Position numbers and translations under genes: made by a program
Notes under the pieces: model-generated
Told to the model about the DNA's origin: nothing
What the model saw: the letters and a program-made list of their open reading frames with translations, nothing else
The model's database searches: none
NCBI GenBank assembly: GCA_964187785.1
Contig: OZ076409.1
Location: 88,104,001-88,164,000, forward strand
Reading direction: 5' to 3'
Source of the DNA: Amphiscolops sp. MND2022
Lineage: Eukaryota
DNA length: 60,000 bases
Shown: positions 34,575-47,301 of the stretch, piece by piece
How positions within the stretch are numbered: position 1 is the first letter of the stretch
How the letters are laid out: every line of letters starts with the position of its first letter

Positions 34575-36772
34575 AAGACCCCAGATTGACCCAAAAATGA
34601 CCCCAAAAATAGTAAAAACGGCAAAATTTTCCAATTTTGGCAATTTTTGTCAAATTATCGATAAATTTCCTGGCTTTGAATGTTGAAAACAATCCAAAGA
34701 GAAAAAAATTGTTATCCAAGAGGCTTTTTCAAAGAAATAAATGCAATTTTTCAATGAAAAAATGCCTTAAATTCAGACCCAAATTGACAAAAATACTCGA
34801 AAATTCATAATTTTGAATGTTTTATGCATTTTTTGTCTATTTTTTGAAAAACTTGGTGGCTTAAAAAGTCAAAGACGTTAAACAAGGAATAGATTCGTTG
34901 CCCGGGAGGCTTCCTTAAAGAGATAAAAGCAATTTCTGTTAAAAAAACGCATCAAATTTGGGCCGAAACTGACAAAATTCTTGAAAATTCAGATTTTTGA
35001 AAATTTTATGCATTTTTTGTGTACTTTTCGAGAAACTTGGTGGCTTAGAATGTTGAAGACGTTCAGTAAGGAACAAATTCGTTGTCGTGGTTGCTTCTTT
35101 GAAGAGATAAAAGCAATTGGTGTTGAAAAAATGCATCAAATTTTGACCGAATTTGACAAAAACAAAGACGTTCAACAAGGAACAAATTGGTTGTCAGGAA
35201 GGCTTTTTTAGGAAATAAACGAAGTTTTTTAATGGAAAAAACGCACAATTTGCGACCAAAAATGACAACAATTTGAAAATGTACCAATTTTTCACGTTTT
35301 CATGCATATTTTGTCAAATTTCTGAAGCTTTCATGGATCCGAACGTTAAATACTTTCAACCACGAATGATTTTGTTGTCCAATAGGGTTGTTTGCGGAGA
35401 TCAATGCAGTTTTGTAAAAAAAAGAATTGCCACAAGGACCACAAAATAGTCAAAAAAATTTACATTTTTTACATTTTTGTATTTTACAACGCAATATTTG
35501 TAAACGTTTCAACCTTTTCACGGATTAGAAGTCTGAAACGATTTAAGAACAACTGAAGGCGTTGTCTGGTGGGCTTTTTCATGGAAAAAGTGCCAGTTTT
35601 TGGTAACAAACGTGCTTTAATTTGGTTCAAAAATTGTCAAAAACTCCAAAAACTTCCAGTTTAAGTAGGTTCTTCATGTTATTTGGGTAGAATTTTAAAG
35701 AATATAATGAGTTAGATGCTTCAAAACAATCAAAGGCGATAGAATCAGGTATGTAGTTTCCCTTCTTGATGAGAAAATTACAGTGCTTTACATCAGAAAT
35801 ACTTCAAATTTACAGTTTTTCCTGCAGTTTGTGTTCAAATTCTGAGAGTTTTGTGACTAGGAAAGTTGAAAACACTCAAAAACGAAAAAGATAGCTATGC
35901 AGTACGCTATTTTGAAGAAAGTTGCAGTTTTTTGCTTCAAAAGTACTTCAAAAGTGACCCTGAAGAGTCGGAAATAAAAAGTCTAACATCAACGTTTCTT
36001 ATGCAAATTTCTGAATTTTTTGAGACGTTTCCATCGTTGGAAGACAGAAAACCCTCAACAGCGGACGAATGCAATATTCAATAGGTTGAAGGTGAATTGC
36101 AGTTTCACGTTAGAAAGGAGCCTCAAAATGACCCCAAAAGAGTCGAAAAAAAAACAAGTTTTGGCAGTTGTTCGACAAATTAGTGAATTTCTATTGAAAG
36201 TTACCAAAACTTCTTAATAATCCAGAAGTCTAACCTTTTGGAGTAGGTTGCAAAATTTTTAAAAAATCTACAATTGTGTATGCAAAAAGTTCGTCAGAAC
36301 GACTTGAAATTTAGTGAAAATCAATTTTTTGTTTTTGAAATGTTGATATACTTTTTTGTAAACGTTTGGAGCAATTTTGTTATCCGAGAACGACTGGACC
36401 CGTTATCCAGTAGGCGATTTTAAAAGGACATCTACAGTTTCTTATAAAAGTTCTTCAAATGATTGCAAAGTTGTCGAAAAAGCAAAATTGTAGAAATTTT
36501 GACGTTTTGGCGACTTCGCGCAAATTTAAATAAAAATCAATTGGTTAGGTTTTGGAATACACACAATCTGACGAAAAACCAAATAGGTGTGCGGTGTCTT
36601 CTTGAAATATTCCCTTCTGAAATGGCATGACATTATTCAAAAAGTGTCAAACCTTTTTTCATCAAACCTCTATGCGTTTTCATAGTGCAATGGCTACTTT
36701 TGAGCCTCAAAAATATGTCATTGCTGGAACAGTTGGGGCGGAAAATATCCTGCTGGTCAGCGTGCGTCTTGT
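32003..36772 (-). mobile_element. Helentron/DINE-like family B element with ~180-bp tandem array (34670-36600), interrupted by a LINE
   Basis: Minus-strand start ACAAGACGCACGC...GATATTTTCCGCCCC at 36772 matches 37838 and 39997. The other end is the TTTTCCGTCCATAT..ATATGGAAAAGGAAAA hairpin at 32003. The sequence on either side of the LINE rejoins to match the empty site at ~14325. Confidence 0.55.
32185..34571 (+). mobile_element. 5'-truncated, decayed non-LTR retrotransposon (LINE, CR1/L2/Jockey group); RT pseudogene
   Basis: RT motifs ITPIFKK..RPISI, QFGFR, DLSKVFD, GVPQGTVVGPLFFNLYVNDL, SADD. In-frame stops at 33128 and 33779, frameshift near 34165. (CT)n tail at 34544-34571. Candidate TSD TTGACCC (32178-32184, 34586-34592). 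Confidence 0.88.
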
Positions 36773-37837
36773 ATTTGTTTGAAACTTTTCATCCACGGAG
36801 CTCAAAAACTAAAAGTTTGTCTACTGAAATTACTTTATTTGGGGAACATTCCTTCAGTTTTTTCAAAAGGTTAAAATGATACGAAAGACGCATTTTAAAG
36901 CTCGAAAGAGTCGAAGATAATTCAGTTCGGGCGGAAAATAACTGCTCAGCAGATGTCTTGTAATTATTTTGTGGATCTTCATAAATTTTCAAATGCTGTC
37001 AAAAAGTTTCAAAAAATGATCCAAAATCTTAAAAGACGGTGCAAAAGAGAAATTTTTCATACCCACACAAGTTTTCGCGAAGTTTACGAAAAATGTTCAA
37101 AAACCATAAGTTTGAACGAAAGTTCAATTCCCAGGAGCATTTTGGGGGACTTTTTTTACCTTCTATTGAAAAATAAACCCCTTTCAAATTTCTCAGATCT
37201 GTTCGATTGTGAAAAACCTGTTAGATTCGAATGCTGATGTTAGTTTTTCAATTTTTGGCTGGGCATCTAGAAATTTCGTGAAGCGAATCTCATCTATTTT
37301 GACATGACCACTTCCCGAAACTTTTTATACAACTCATTCTTTAGACCACCTCTTTTTCTTTTGTACTTTTCCAGTGTGGTGAAGCGCGTTGTACATTGAA
37401 CTAAAACAATGGTGTGAAAATAATTAATTGCGATATTTGAGATATTTTTAACAACCTGTCAAAATTTTCCAAAGTGACAAAAGAAAAACAATCTGCCATA
37501 GTTGACAGATACGCCATACAATACAGTTTCACACAGTCAGTCTTTTCACTTCAATTTCTCAGCATTCAGTTACTGCTAGCCTATAACATCCAATCGTCAG
37601 ATTTTTTATGAAGTAGGCATATTGGGTCTCTATCTTTCAAACTTCGTGCTCCATTTCCTAATCATGTAGCTACTGATATTCGAATACTGAAATTTAATTT
37701 GCAAAGGAAAACATGTTTATGTCTGAAGCTTCTGGTCTTAAATTCTACAACCTTAAAGTATACTTCTCAACAAAAAACCTTGACGTAATTTCGACCAAAA
37801 AACTAAATTTCTTAGGGTTTAAAAGCACTTGAATTTA

Positions 37838-39715
37838 ACCAAGACGCCCGCAGCGAGATATTTTCTGCCCCAAACTGTTCTACATTTACATAAATTTGAG
37901 GCTCAAGAAAAGTCAATGCACTATGAAAATGCAAAGAAGTTCAAAGAAAATCAAATTTCGATTCATCTTGGCTCATTTCTACAGCAAACACCGAACTTAT
38001 AAACACGCTAAGTACCTAATTCTTTTGTTGTTAAGCTATGTGTATACAAGTACCTATCATACCAAATTATCCGTCATCAGGAAAGAGCCACTACAGTCAT
38101 GACGTTTCGTCAGTATTATTCGATAACATCTGATCTACCAAAACTTCAACATTTCCAGTAACTTCTCCTTGCCACTTGACCTAGTGGTTAACGCGGATTT
38201 TCGAGACACGTTTTTTGCCATTTTAGGTTTTAAAGGTTTTCCGTAGGGAAATACGTTTCCCGAGTCTTGGAGGTGACCTCTTTGATGATTTTTGATCCTG
38301 TGCAACTGATGAGTTTTCTGATTGTTTGTGGAAAAAACCTTTGTTCAGCTTCTTTTGCCTATGCGCGTCATTCCGAAACATTCATCTGGTCGAAGGGTCC
38401 CCCTCGCTTTAAAAGCGGATTTCGGCTCGAGAAAAAGTAGTTCTGCGAGCTCAGATCTTTTCGGTACTATGGCATTTTTCGGAAATTTTTTTAAATGGAT
38501 TTTTTTTGTGTTTCCTGCTGAGGGAAAATCGTTTCCGAGTCTCATGCGTATTTCGTGAGGTAGTTTTTGGCACTTAGAAAACATAAAAGTACGAAACTAG
38601 TGTCCTTTGCAAATTCTGAGAAACTTAAGCGGGGCGCCAACTTGTAACGGTCCTGGCTTGTTGTATTATTGCGCATAACTTCATCAGAAGTGTCAAAAAT
38701 TAGAAAATTTTGATGTTTTCGACAACTTTGGGGTCAATGTGACTAAGTATTCTAACATGAAACTACAGGTCTCTTTTAAAAAGACTAATGGAAATCGCGT
38801 TTATTTGTTGAACGTTTACACTATTGAAACCCACGAAAAAGCTCAAAAATTTTTACGAAAAAAAGCAACAAAACGTCCAAAGTTTTTTTTGGGTCATTCT
38901 CAGGTTTTCTTTCTACGCGGGGAGCTGCAAAAACTTTTTCCTGTGGAAGGCGTAGTCCATACCTTGTGATTTGGCTTGGAGTTTTTGAATATTCAAAATA
39001 TGACAAAAAAGTTCAAAATAAATTACGTTTTCAGGTAAAGTTTTCCGGAAATTGTGCTAATAAGCTCGTCCGATATCTTTTCGAAACAATACACGTACCT
39101 AAAGGAGATCAATCGTGTTCCTATGGACTTTCTCATTCAATAAAATTTTCGGAAAGGGTCCGAAATTGGGACTATGTTGTTGAAAACTCAGAATTTTAGA
39201 AAATTTTGGCTCTGTTGTCAAATTTGAGGAAGTTCATCCCACTTTCTCTCACAAATTGCGTTTTGAATACCCTATTGTTTCAACGTTGAGGTCAATGGAT
39301 TTTTTTTCAATATTTTTCGGTGTCTCAACAGAAATTTGGATTATTGTCAAAAAACGTGTTTTTGATGCAAGGAAGTTGCTCAAAAATTATAAAAAAAAAT
39401 TCATAAATACGTAAACTTGGAAATTCAGAGTTTGTTGAATCTTTCGCCTTGTTGAACTTTTTGAAAGTTCTGATACACAAGGTTTGCCAAAAATTTGAAA
39501 AAATTGCATAAAATTTTTGGAAAACGGAAATTTTGTTGTGAGTATTCGAATTTGAGTATGGCAAATTTTGATGAAAAACTTTTGCTTTGAATATTTTCTG
39601 AATTGTTGAATTCTGTGTGTGACACCCTTAATATGAATATAAAATTGGTGCAAATTTTGTTACAAAAGCGTTGAATTTAATATTTTCATTTCCCATATAG
39701 ATATGGGCGGAAAAT
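37838..39715 (+). mobile_element. Helentron/DINE-like family B element (composite)
   Basis: Starts ACCAAGACGCCCGC...GATATTTTCTGCCCC and ends TTTTCATTTCCCATATAGATATGGGCGGAAAAT. 38030-38200 is the uninterrupted homolog of the site split by the LTR element at 40149. Confidence 0.5.
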
Positions 39716-40346
39716 TAAAACTGATCATTCAAGACTAAAGTCTCGTTGTCTCCCCATCCAGAGTCAAGTGCACCCGCCAACTCTTTGTCTTTCAAACCAA
39801 CATTAGTAGGTTTTTTTAATCGGCTATTTTTAGTGAAGTGCAAGACTCTTACAGTGGCAAAGTTTTTGTCAGGGTCCCTGAAACGTTCTCTTATGACTTG
39901 CATAATTTTAATACAGCCTTCTGATCTAATGTGAAACGTTGACGTTAGTTTGGCCAAATAACTAACTTTCATAAAGTTTAAAAGCACAGAAATTCGAACA
40001 AGACGCCCGCCGAGCAGCGAGAATTTTCCCGCCGCAAACTGTTCTACAACAAATTTGAGGCTCAAGAAAACCCAATGCACTATGAAAATGCAAAGAAGCT
40101 CGAAGAATCAAATTTTCTTTTGTTGTTGAGCTATGTTGATACAAGTACTGTCACAGTCCGCGTTGAAAACAAACTAAAATTGAATCTCTAGAATTCATTC
40201 CAAATTACTCGTCAGCACTGCGTCACTAGCGTGGCAGCGAGCTAGAATTTCTTTAATTCCAAATATCCGCCAACGCTGTCACCTCCTTGGCAGTTAGCTA
40301 AGAAATCATTCCAAATATCCGCCAACGCTACGTCACCGCCTTGGCA

Positions 40347-40846
40347 GGGCTTCGGGCAATAAGTTCAATTTACTAAGTTCGAAGTTGAACTAGTGCAATA
40401 AGTTAGAATGGAATAGTTTCGAGACACCAAGTTCGAAATTTCATATTGGGCATATCCGGTGTTTACTGGACATCTTCACACAAGATCCTGAGAGCTCCAT
40501 CGCCTAGGTTCTAAAGGAGTCTAAAAACTGAAATGTGGGGCATATCCGGTGTATGCACGCTCGCCCTCACCGTCGCAAAGACCGGCTCCCACTACGATCG
40601 CTTCGCGATCTCCGTTCCCGCTAGGTCTTTGCTTCTGTTCGACCTCGCTTAGCAAGATGGGAACATAAGCTGCCCCAAGGGGCTGCGGGGCACTAGATGA
40701 AATTGGGAAATATCACAGGCACGTTTTATACTTAGTTTAAAATTCGAACACAGTGATTCGAACTTGTTCCGGTTTTTGAAAAATTCGAACTTAGTCCATT
40801 CGAAATTAAAATTCGAACTTATGCGTTCGAACTTATTACCGTGCCC
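40347..40846. mobile_element. MULE-like MITE inserted in the 5' LTR
   Basis: Absent from the 3' LTR. TSD CCTTGGCA (40339-40346, 40847-40854). Ends GGGCTTCGGGCAATAAGTTC / GAACTTATTACCGTGCCC, with internal TTCGAA repeats. Confidence 0.8.
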
Positions 40847-42839
40847 CCTTGGCAGCTAGCTAGGATATCATTCTTAATACTCTTCAGCATTGCGTCAAAC
40901 TAGTCACGCTACCAAGTTTGCCAATAAAACGTGTCAACCCTACGTCGCAAAATAACTAACTAGGACGGACTTTGAATTTACGACAGCGCTGCGTCAGCAG
41001 AAATTGCTAGCTAGAACTGAATTAGAATTTACGTCAACACTACGTCGCAAAGTCACCAATTAAGACAGATTTTGAATCTACGTCAACGCTATGTCAACTC
41101 ATGTACAAGAAGTTACGAAAACACATTTCTCTTCAGTATTGCGTCAACTAAGATTGAATTTGAGCGAAATATGGTTCTTGTGCCAGGATTTTTCATACTA
41201 ACTTAAAATGACAGTGTGTCAACACAATTTAAATTGGAGGGTCACAGTTTATATTCAATATATTTCAATAAAGTGCAGTCTGACCAGGCTTTTAAAATGT
41301 ATGCTTTGATTACCTAATTCAATAAATTCATTGGTTGTTTGACGATGTCACGTCGTCTTTTATTGTTGCTCAAAGGTGTTGCTCTCAACTTTTAGTAGAT
41401 AAATATTTGTTAATGGTTGAAATATTTATTTAATTGTTTAGCCTCATGTAAATCAGTCACTCTCTTAGCATCACCAAATTGCCTAAATCAAGATTTTTAG
41501 TCATAATTTTTAAGTTGAAATTCAAAATCAGGTTTTAGTTGTTCACGCCAGCGTTAGCTCCGCGTCAAGTTTCCCGCGAACCGAAGCAGTAAAACAGGAA
41601 AACATTTCCGGTTTGACAGACTGAAGTAAAATCTACTTCCTGCTTGGGAGGAAATAAAAAGGCACCGGAATGAAATGACTCATTTCATCGAATTTGCCAC
41701 TGGGTAATGACTAATATCAATTTAACTATGGAAATAAGACAAAAATTGACAAAATGCTAACGCAGATCAAAATTTTGCCGCAAAATTTTAGGAAGTGACT
41801 AATATCTCGATGGAAATTAAAGTACGCCAGTATGAACAGATGATGCTAGCAGGGTATATATAGCTTGCACTTGTAAAATTGTTTATTCAATTTCTATTTC
41901 AATCTGCGATCTTTCATAAAGCCCAACTTTGTTTTGTTAAAACAATAATTTTACGGACCTCCATTCAAAATCAACAAACTCGAAAATCTTTTCATCGAGA
42001 AGTCAAAAGAGAAGAAATGTACAAAACAACGACCCTAACCGAAGTCGTAACATGGTGATAGGAGTTTTGGACCACTCAATAAATGTTTCCACGAAAAACT
42101 CAGAACCGCCTTTCGTCCAAAGAGCGTCCCTCCACATCGCGGATACTGTTCGCCCTGGAAATGAAGACGAACATACTCTAATTGAGCAACGCAAACCAAA
42201 CGGCAAACGGAGACTACTTGTTGCTCTACTGATAATAAACGAGTTAAAATTCGACGACTACACCAACAACAACCAACCCGTCAGTACATTGTCAGATGCA
42301 GTCCAACATTTGTCGAGGACATCGGTTACCACAAAAGGACGTTCCAAAAGCTGGTAACATACTCTCTGGGGTGTTACCTTTGCCCAGAGACGGGTGAATT
42401 AGCTCACATTGCTAAGTAAAAAAGTACACTCTTCCTGAGGCTGAGATGTGCGTTCGAAAAGTGACAATGGCGTAGTCTCTGAAGCACACATTTCCGAATC
42501 GACCTGTAAGAAAATCTAAGCTGTGAAAATACAATGACAGAAAAGGCCTTTCTGCAATTTTGTATGATTCACAAAAACTTAATGGAACGGGGAATGTTAC
42601 AAACCTAAGGGTTGTTGAATAACCAGGGCGGCAGCGTCACTAACACGCACATCTCCTTCAGAGAACAAAGTTGAGTCCAATTATCACTTTGCAGATCATG
42701 ATCTTTTAAGATCAAATGGATCTGAGAATGACCGGGTTCAAACAGCCCATAAACAATGACGCAATACTGTTACGACGGCATTATGGCGTCGACAGTGACC
42801 GAAACTAAAAAAAAAGGAAAATAACAAATAAAAACGACG

Positions 42840-43115
42840 TTAGCAAAACGCTAACAAACACGAAATTGACGTCATCAAAACGGTGACAACAAAATTGAAG
42901 TTGGCTAATCGCTAACGAAAATGACGTCATCGAAACGGTGTCAAATAAAATCGAAGTTGGCTAATCGCTAACGAAAATGACGTCATCAACACGGTGTCAA
43001 AAAAAATCGAAGTTAACAAATCGCTAACAAAAAAGACGTCATCAAAACGGTGACCAATAAAATTGAAGTTGGCTAATCGCTAACGAAATTGACATCAGCA
43101 AAACGTTGACAACTT
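42840..43115. repeat. 56-bp tandem repeat, ~5 copies, in the LTR element interior
   Basis: CGCTAACGAAAATGACGTCATCAAAACGGTGTCAAATAAAATCGAAGTTGGCTAAT-type units, with TGACGTCA at 42867, 42922 and 42978. Confidence 0.9.
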
Positions 43116-45353
43116 TGTTCAAACGAATTGATTCAATTCGTGGCCAATAGAAACGCGACGTTGGCAAAACGTCAACACCTGGGATTACAAAGGAACTAAA
43201 AGACAGCTTCTACGCCCTACAAAAGTGTGCTATACCGAATCACAGAGTAGTACCGGAAATCCCACGTTCCTCTTGGAAAGCGTATAACCCAAACAATCCT
43301 CTGTTCAATTTCGACAACCCACGAGATCTCTTCGTCCCATGTCAGTGGCCCTCTCTGAGTCCGCGCCTGGCCTTGATTGTGGTTGCCAAGAGAAGCAGTT
43401 TGGCTGGGGTCATGGATGCATTATTAAAACTGTAAGACTATACTATTAACACAAAATAAACTGTGCCCAAATAAGTCCATCAAAATCTAAAATTATGAAT
43501 GATTCCAGAACATAGAACATTTCGATATAACTTCACACATTTCCGGTCATACATAGCGACGATGGTAGCATTTCAATCATTTTCCTGCGAAACGCAACCG
43601 AAACATATCATTGGAAATAGCCGCCGCAAAAAGAACGAAATTACGTCAAATTTTAGGATTGAAGAAGTAAAATGTATTGGTAACAACTGTCGGAAAATGA
43701 TTCTCTAATTCTGAACAGGAGAATTTTTCTAGTACAGAAACTGTCGTCCGGGAAGTATACAAATCACAATATCCTCTATTGCATTCTATCAACCCCATGA
43801 AAAACTTTTGCCCCATGACAGTGGCCCTGTCACAGTCCGCGTCCGGACTGAGTTTGGTTGAAAACAAACTAAAAGTAAATCTCTAGAATTCATTCCAATT
43901 ACTCGTCGGCACTACGTCAATAGCGTGGCAGCGAGCTAGAATTTCATTCCAAATATCCGCCAACGCTACGTCGTCACCTCTTTGGCAGCTAGGTAAGAAA
44001 TCATTCCAAATATCCGCCAACGCTACGTCACCTCCTTGGCAGCTAGCTAGGAAATCCTTCTAAATACTAGTCAGCATTGCGTCAAACTAGTCACGCTGCC
44101 AAGTTTGCCAAAAAAATGTGTCAACACTACATCGCAAAATGACTAACTAGGACGGATTTCGAATTCACGACAGCGCTGCGTCAGCAGAATGTGCTAGCAA
44201 AATTGGAATTAGAATTTACGTCGACACTACGTCGCGAAGTCACCAATTAAGACAGATTTTGAATCTACGTCAACGCTACGTCAACTAATGTACAAGAAGT
44301 TAAGAAAACACATTGCTACGTCAATATTGCGTCAACTAAGATTGAATTCGAGCGAAATATGGTTCTTATGCCAGGATTTTTCATACTAACTTAAAATGAC
44401 AGTGTTTTAACACAATATAAATAGAAGAGTCACAGTTTATATTCAATTTGTTTCAATAAAGTGCAGTCTAAGCAGGCTTTTAAAATGTATGCTTTGATTA
44501 CCTAATTTAATAAAGTCACTGGTTGTTTGACGATGTCACGTCGTCCTTTATTGCTGCTCAAAGGTGTTGCTCTCAACTTTTAGTAGATAAATATTTGTTA
44601 ATGGTTGAAATATTTAATTGTTTAGCCTCATGTAAATCAGTCACTCTCTTAGCATCACCAAATTGCCTAAATCAAGATATTTAGTCATAATTTTTCAAGT
44701 TGAAATTCAAAATCAGGTTTTAGTTGTTCACGCCAGCGTTAGCTCCGCGTCAAGTTTCCCGCGAACCGAAGCAGTAAAACAGGAAAACATTTCCGGTTTG
44801 ACAGACTGAAGTAAAATCTACTTCCTGCTTGGGAGGAAATAAAAGGACACCGGAATGAAATGATTTGCCACTGGGTGATGACTAACATCAATTTAACTAT
44901 GGAAATAACACAAAAATTGACGAAATGCTAACGCAGATCAAACTATTGCCGCAAAATTACAGAAAGTGACTAATCTCGATGGAAATTAAAGTACGCAAAT
45001 ATGAACAGTTGATGCTAGCAGGGTATAAATAGCTTGTACTTGTAAACTTGTTCATTCAATTTGTATTTCAATCTGCGATCTTTCATTGAGCTCAACTTTG
45101 TTTTGTTAAAACAATAATTTTCGAACCTCAATTCAAAATCAACAAACTCGAAAATCTTTTTATCGAGAAGTCAAAAGAGAAGAATAGTACAAAATAACGA
45201 CCCTAACCGAAGTCGTAACAAGTACCTAACATACCAAATTATCAGTCGGTGCTTTTCATCAGGAAAGAGCTACTGCAGCCGTGGCTTTTCGTCAGTATTT
45301 TTTCGATAACACCTGATCGACAAAAACTTCAACGTTTCCAGTAATTTCTACCT

Positions 45354-45426
45354 GCCACTTGACCTAGTGGTTAACGCGCATTTCCTGCAGTGTTAAAAGC
45401 AAGGGTACGTGGGTTTGAGTCTGGCA
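45354..45426 (+). mobile_element. tRNA-derived SINE-like head
   Basis: A-box-like TGACCTAGTGG and degenerate B-box GGTTTGAGTC. Partial copy at ~38172. Confidence 0.4.
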
Positions 45427-45640
45427 TTCAACCAAAAAAGGTTTTGTTGGAAAAGTATGGGAAGACCAAAGTGTCCTCCTTTAGACTTTCTTCGGGACTA
45501 TGCAACTTTTTCTTCTTTGGCCTATAAATTAACGCATATCATCAGGTCTGGTGACGGGGTCTACCTCAAATAACAAGTCATTGAATTTCAAGAAAACTGC
45601 CAGTTAGTTGGCCCTTGAAAATCCATCATTGTAGTCTGCG

Positions 45641-46119
45641 TTTTTTAGTCGGTGCTTTTCTTGAAAAGAGCCGACTATAGTCATGGCTTTTCGTCCGTGT
45701 TTTTTATCCGATACGCCTAAAGTGAACAAAATAGTTCTACCAAAAATTCTACAAAATTTTAATAAGACGCCAAATGGTTCCCCTTGGCCCACGGAACTGA
45801 ACTAAAAAGATTTCAGCGTAACATACAATGCCGGAGACTAAAAGACTAAAAGGTACCCCCTTTCAGTTTTTTCGGCATTGCGAGACTTTTTTCGGGATAA
45901 TTTTTTCCTTCAATTTTTCCCTTCAATTTTTTCGAAGTTTTGCGACAGAATGGATGTTGAAAAATCCCAAAAGCTCCCTCCTTTCAGTTTTTTTCGGCAT
46001 TGACACTTTTCAATTTTTTTCTCATAATAAAAGGGTCCCCAATACTTTGACATTTTGAAGTCCTTTTGCTCTTTTTGAGCCTTAGATATGGCGCCGACTT
46101 GGGCCGGCCCCGGCTTGTT
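45641..46119 (-). mobile_element. Helentron/DINE-like non-autonomous element, family A
   Basis: Same ends as 12161-12509: TAGTCGGTGCTTTTCTTGAAAAGAGCCGACTA hairpin and GGCGCCGACTTGGGCCGGCCCCGGCTTGTT. Confidence 0.55.
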
Positions 46120-47301
46120 TACGAAAGCGTTGACTAAAAATGGTATTTTTATTCTTCGTTCTCGAGGATTTCAGTCTTTAGAAAATTACTCGTGATCAGA
46201 ACATTTTGCTACTATAACGAGACAGGTTATTATTTAAATTCGGGTTCGTGGTCTATAAGATGTAAAAATCTACTGGTTTCAAAATAAACGTTTAACGTTG
46301 AGATTATCGCTTTTACGAAAAAACACTAGATTTTACAGAAATCAAGGATTCCGTGAAAATGTAAGTTCTCGGAATTTTTTAGCAAAAATGGGAAACAATT
46401 TTTGCTCGAAATGCACCATTCGAATTCCTAAGTGAGAGCAACCAAACTATTCAATTGACTAAACTCGGCTTGTTTTCGGAATTTATTCAAACCACACTAT
46501 GTACTTCAATAGCTTTGTTACTAGGATTAAGAATGAAGACATCACTTGGAGCAATGAGAATACTACAAGAGAAACATGTTGGGTTATTCTTCCGAAGGTA
46601 CAGGTCGACAAAACTGCCAATGATTTCGTAGACATAACTCAGCTATTAACATCACTGAAGAATTACTTCGACTGTGGTGCGACAGAAGAGTAGTCCTGAC
46701 CAGTTTGAACTGTATTAACATTTCGAAAACCTAAACTTCGACGGTTCAAATTTCTACTTGAACAAACGTTAATTCGAGGATTTACGTCTCTTTTGAGGGC
46801 ATTAGGCTTTTCAACACATTAGGCTATGTTTTGAACGCACCAGGATTTCTGGCCAAATATGTAAATAAGAGTAACTTACCAGGTTCGAATAGGATGTGTA
46901 TTCATTACTTAATTAATGTAAGTAAGTAATTAAAATTAGGCTCCGAAACTTAATTACTTAATTAATGTCAAACAGTTTATGCATTACAATATTTTGAGCT
47001 AGTTTGAATTACCAAGCAACGAAGACAGGAAACGTGAGTCGCCCGCCAGGCATCATTAAATGTTGCGAGCTTGATTTTACTCTCAGGAAAATACTCTTAG
47101 CATTATTCTCTCTTCTCTTTTCTGAGGCAGAGATATTAGAGATCAATAAGTGGATTTATGATCAAATTTGTCTCCATCCGAGAACATAAGATGAAGCAGT
47201 TTAACGCTCAAAGCAAATACAATAAACCAATTTCATCACAAATCAACATCGTTAGCAAAAAACGCTTGAGAGCATCTTTATGCATTCCGAAAACAAAAAA
47301 G

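Larger units (their letters stand above)
40149..45220 (+). mobile_element. Non-autonomous LTR retroelement with long LTRs (LARD-like)
   Basis: Direct repeats 40149-42052 (containing a MITE) and 43828-45220, each TGTCACAG...GTCGTAACA. 5-bp TSD AGTAC (40144-40148, 45221-45225). PBS-like TGGTGATAGGAGT at 42053, close to the tRNA-Leu PBS TGGTGTCAGGAGT. The ~1.8-kb interior has no pol. Confidence 0.88.
39853..45635 (-). pseudogene. Possible ENTH (epsin N-terminal homology)-like relic; exons 45565..45635 and 39853..39925
   Basis: Phase-compatible AG/GT-bounded exons give TTMMDFQGPTNWQFS*NSMTCYLR|SEGCIKIMQVIRERFRDPDKNFAT. This resembles epsin ATSNDPWGP...EI...TY...EIMSMIWKRLNDHGKNWRHV. It has an in-frame stop, and an insertion sits directly against the acceptor. 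Confidence 0.33.

Noticed and set aside
32003..39715. One 7.7-kb foldback transposon with long TIRs
   Set aside because: The inverted ends are better explained as the hairpin ends of two oppositely oriented family B elements, each with its own opposite end (36772 and 37838); no TSD.
42840..43115. CRISPR-like appearance of regular repeats (also 5930-6470 and 10197-10493)
   Set aside because: Units are contiguous tandem or inverted copies without unique spacers; there are no cas genes and the context is eukaryotic.
46499..46693. 64-aa plus-strand ORF
   Set aside because: No recognisable motif or supporting splice structure.
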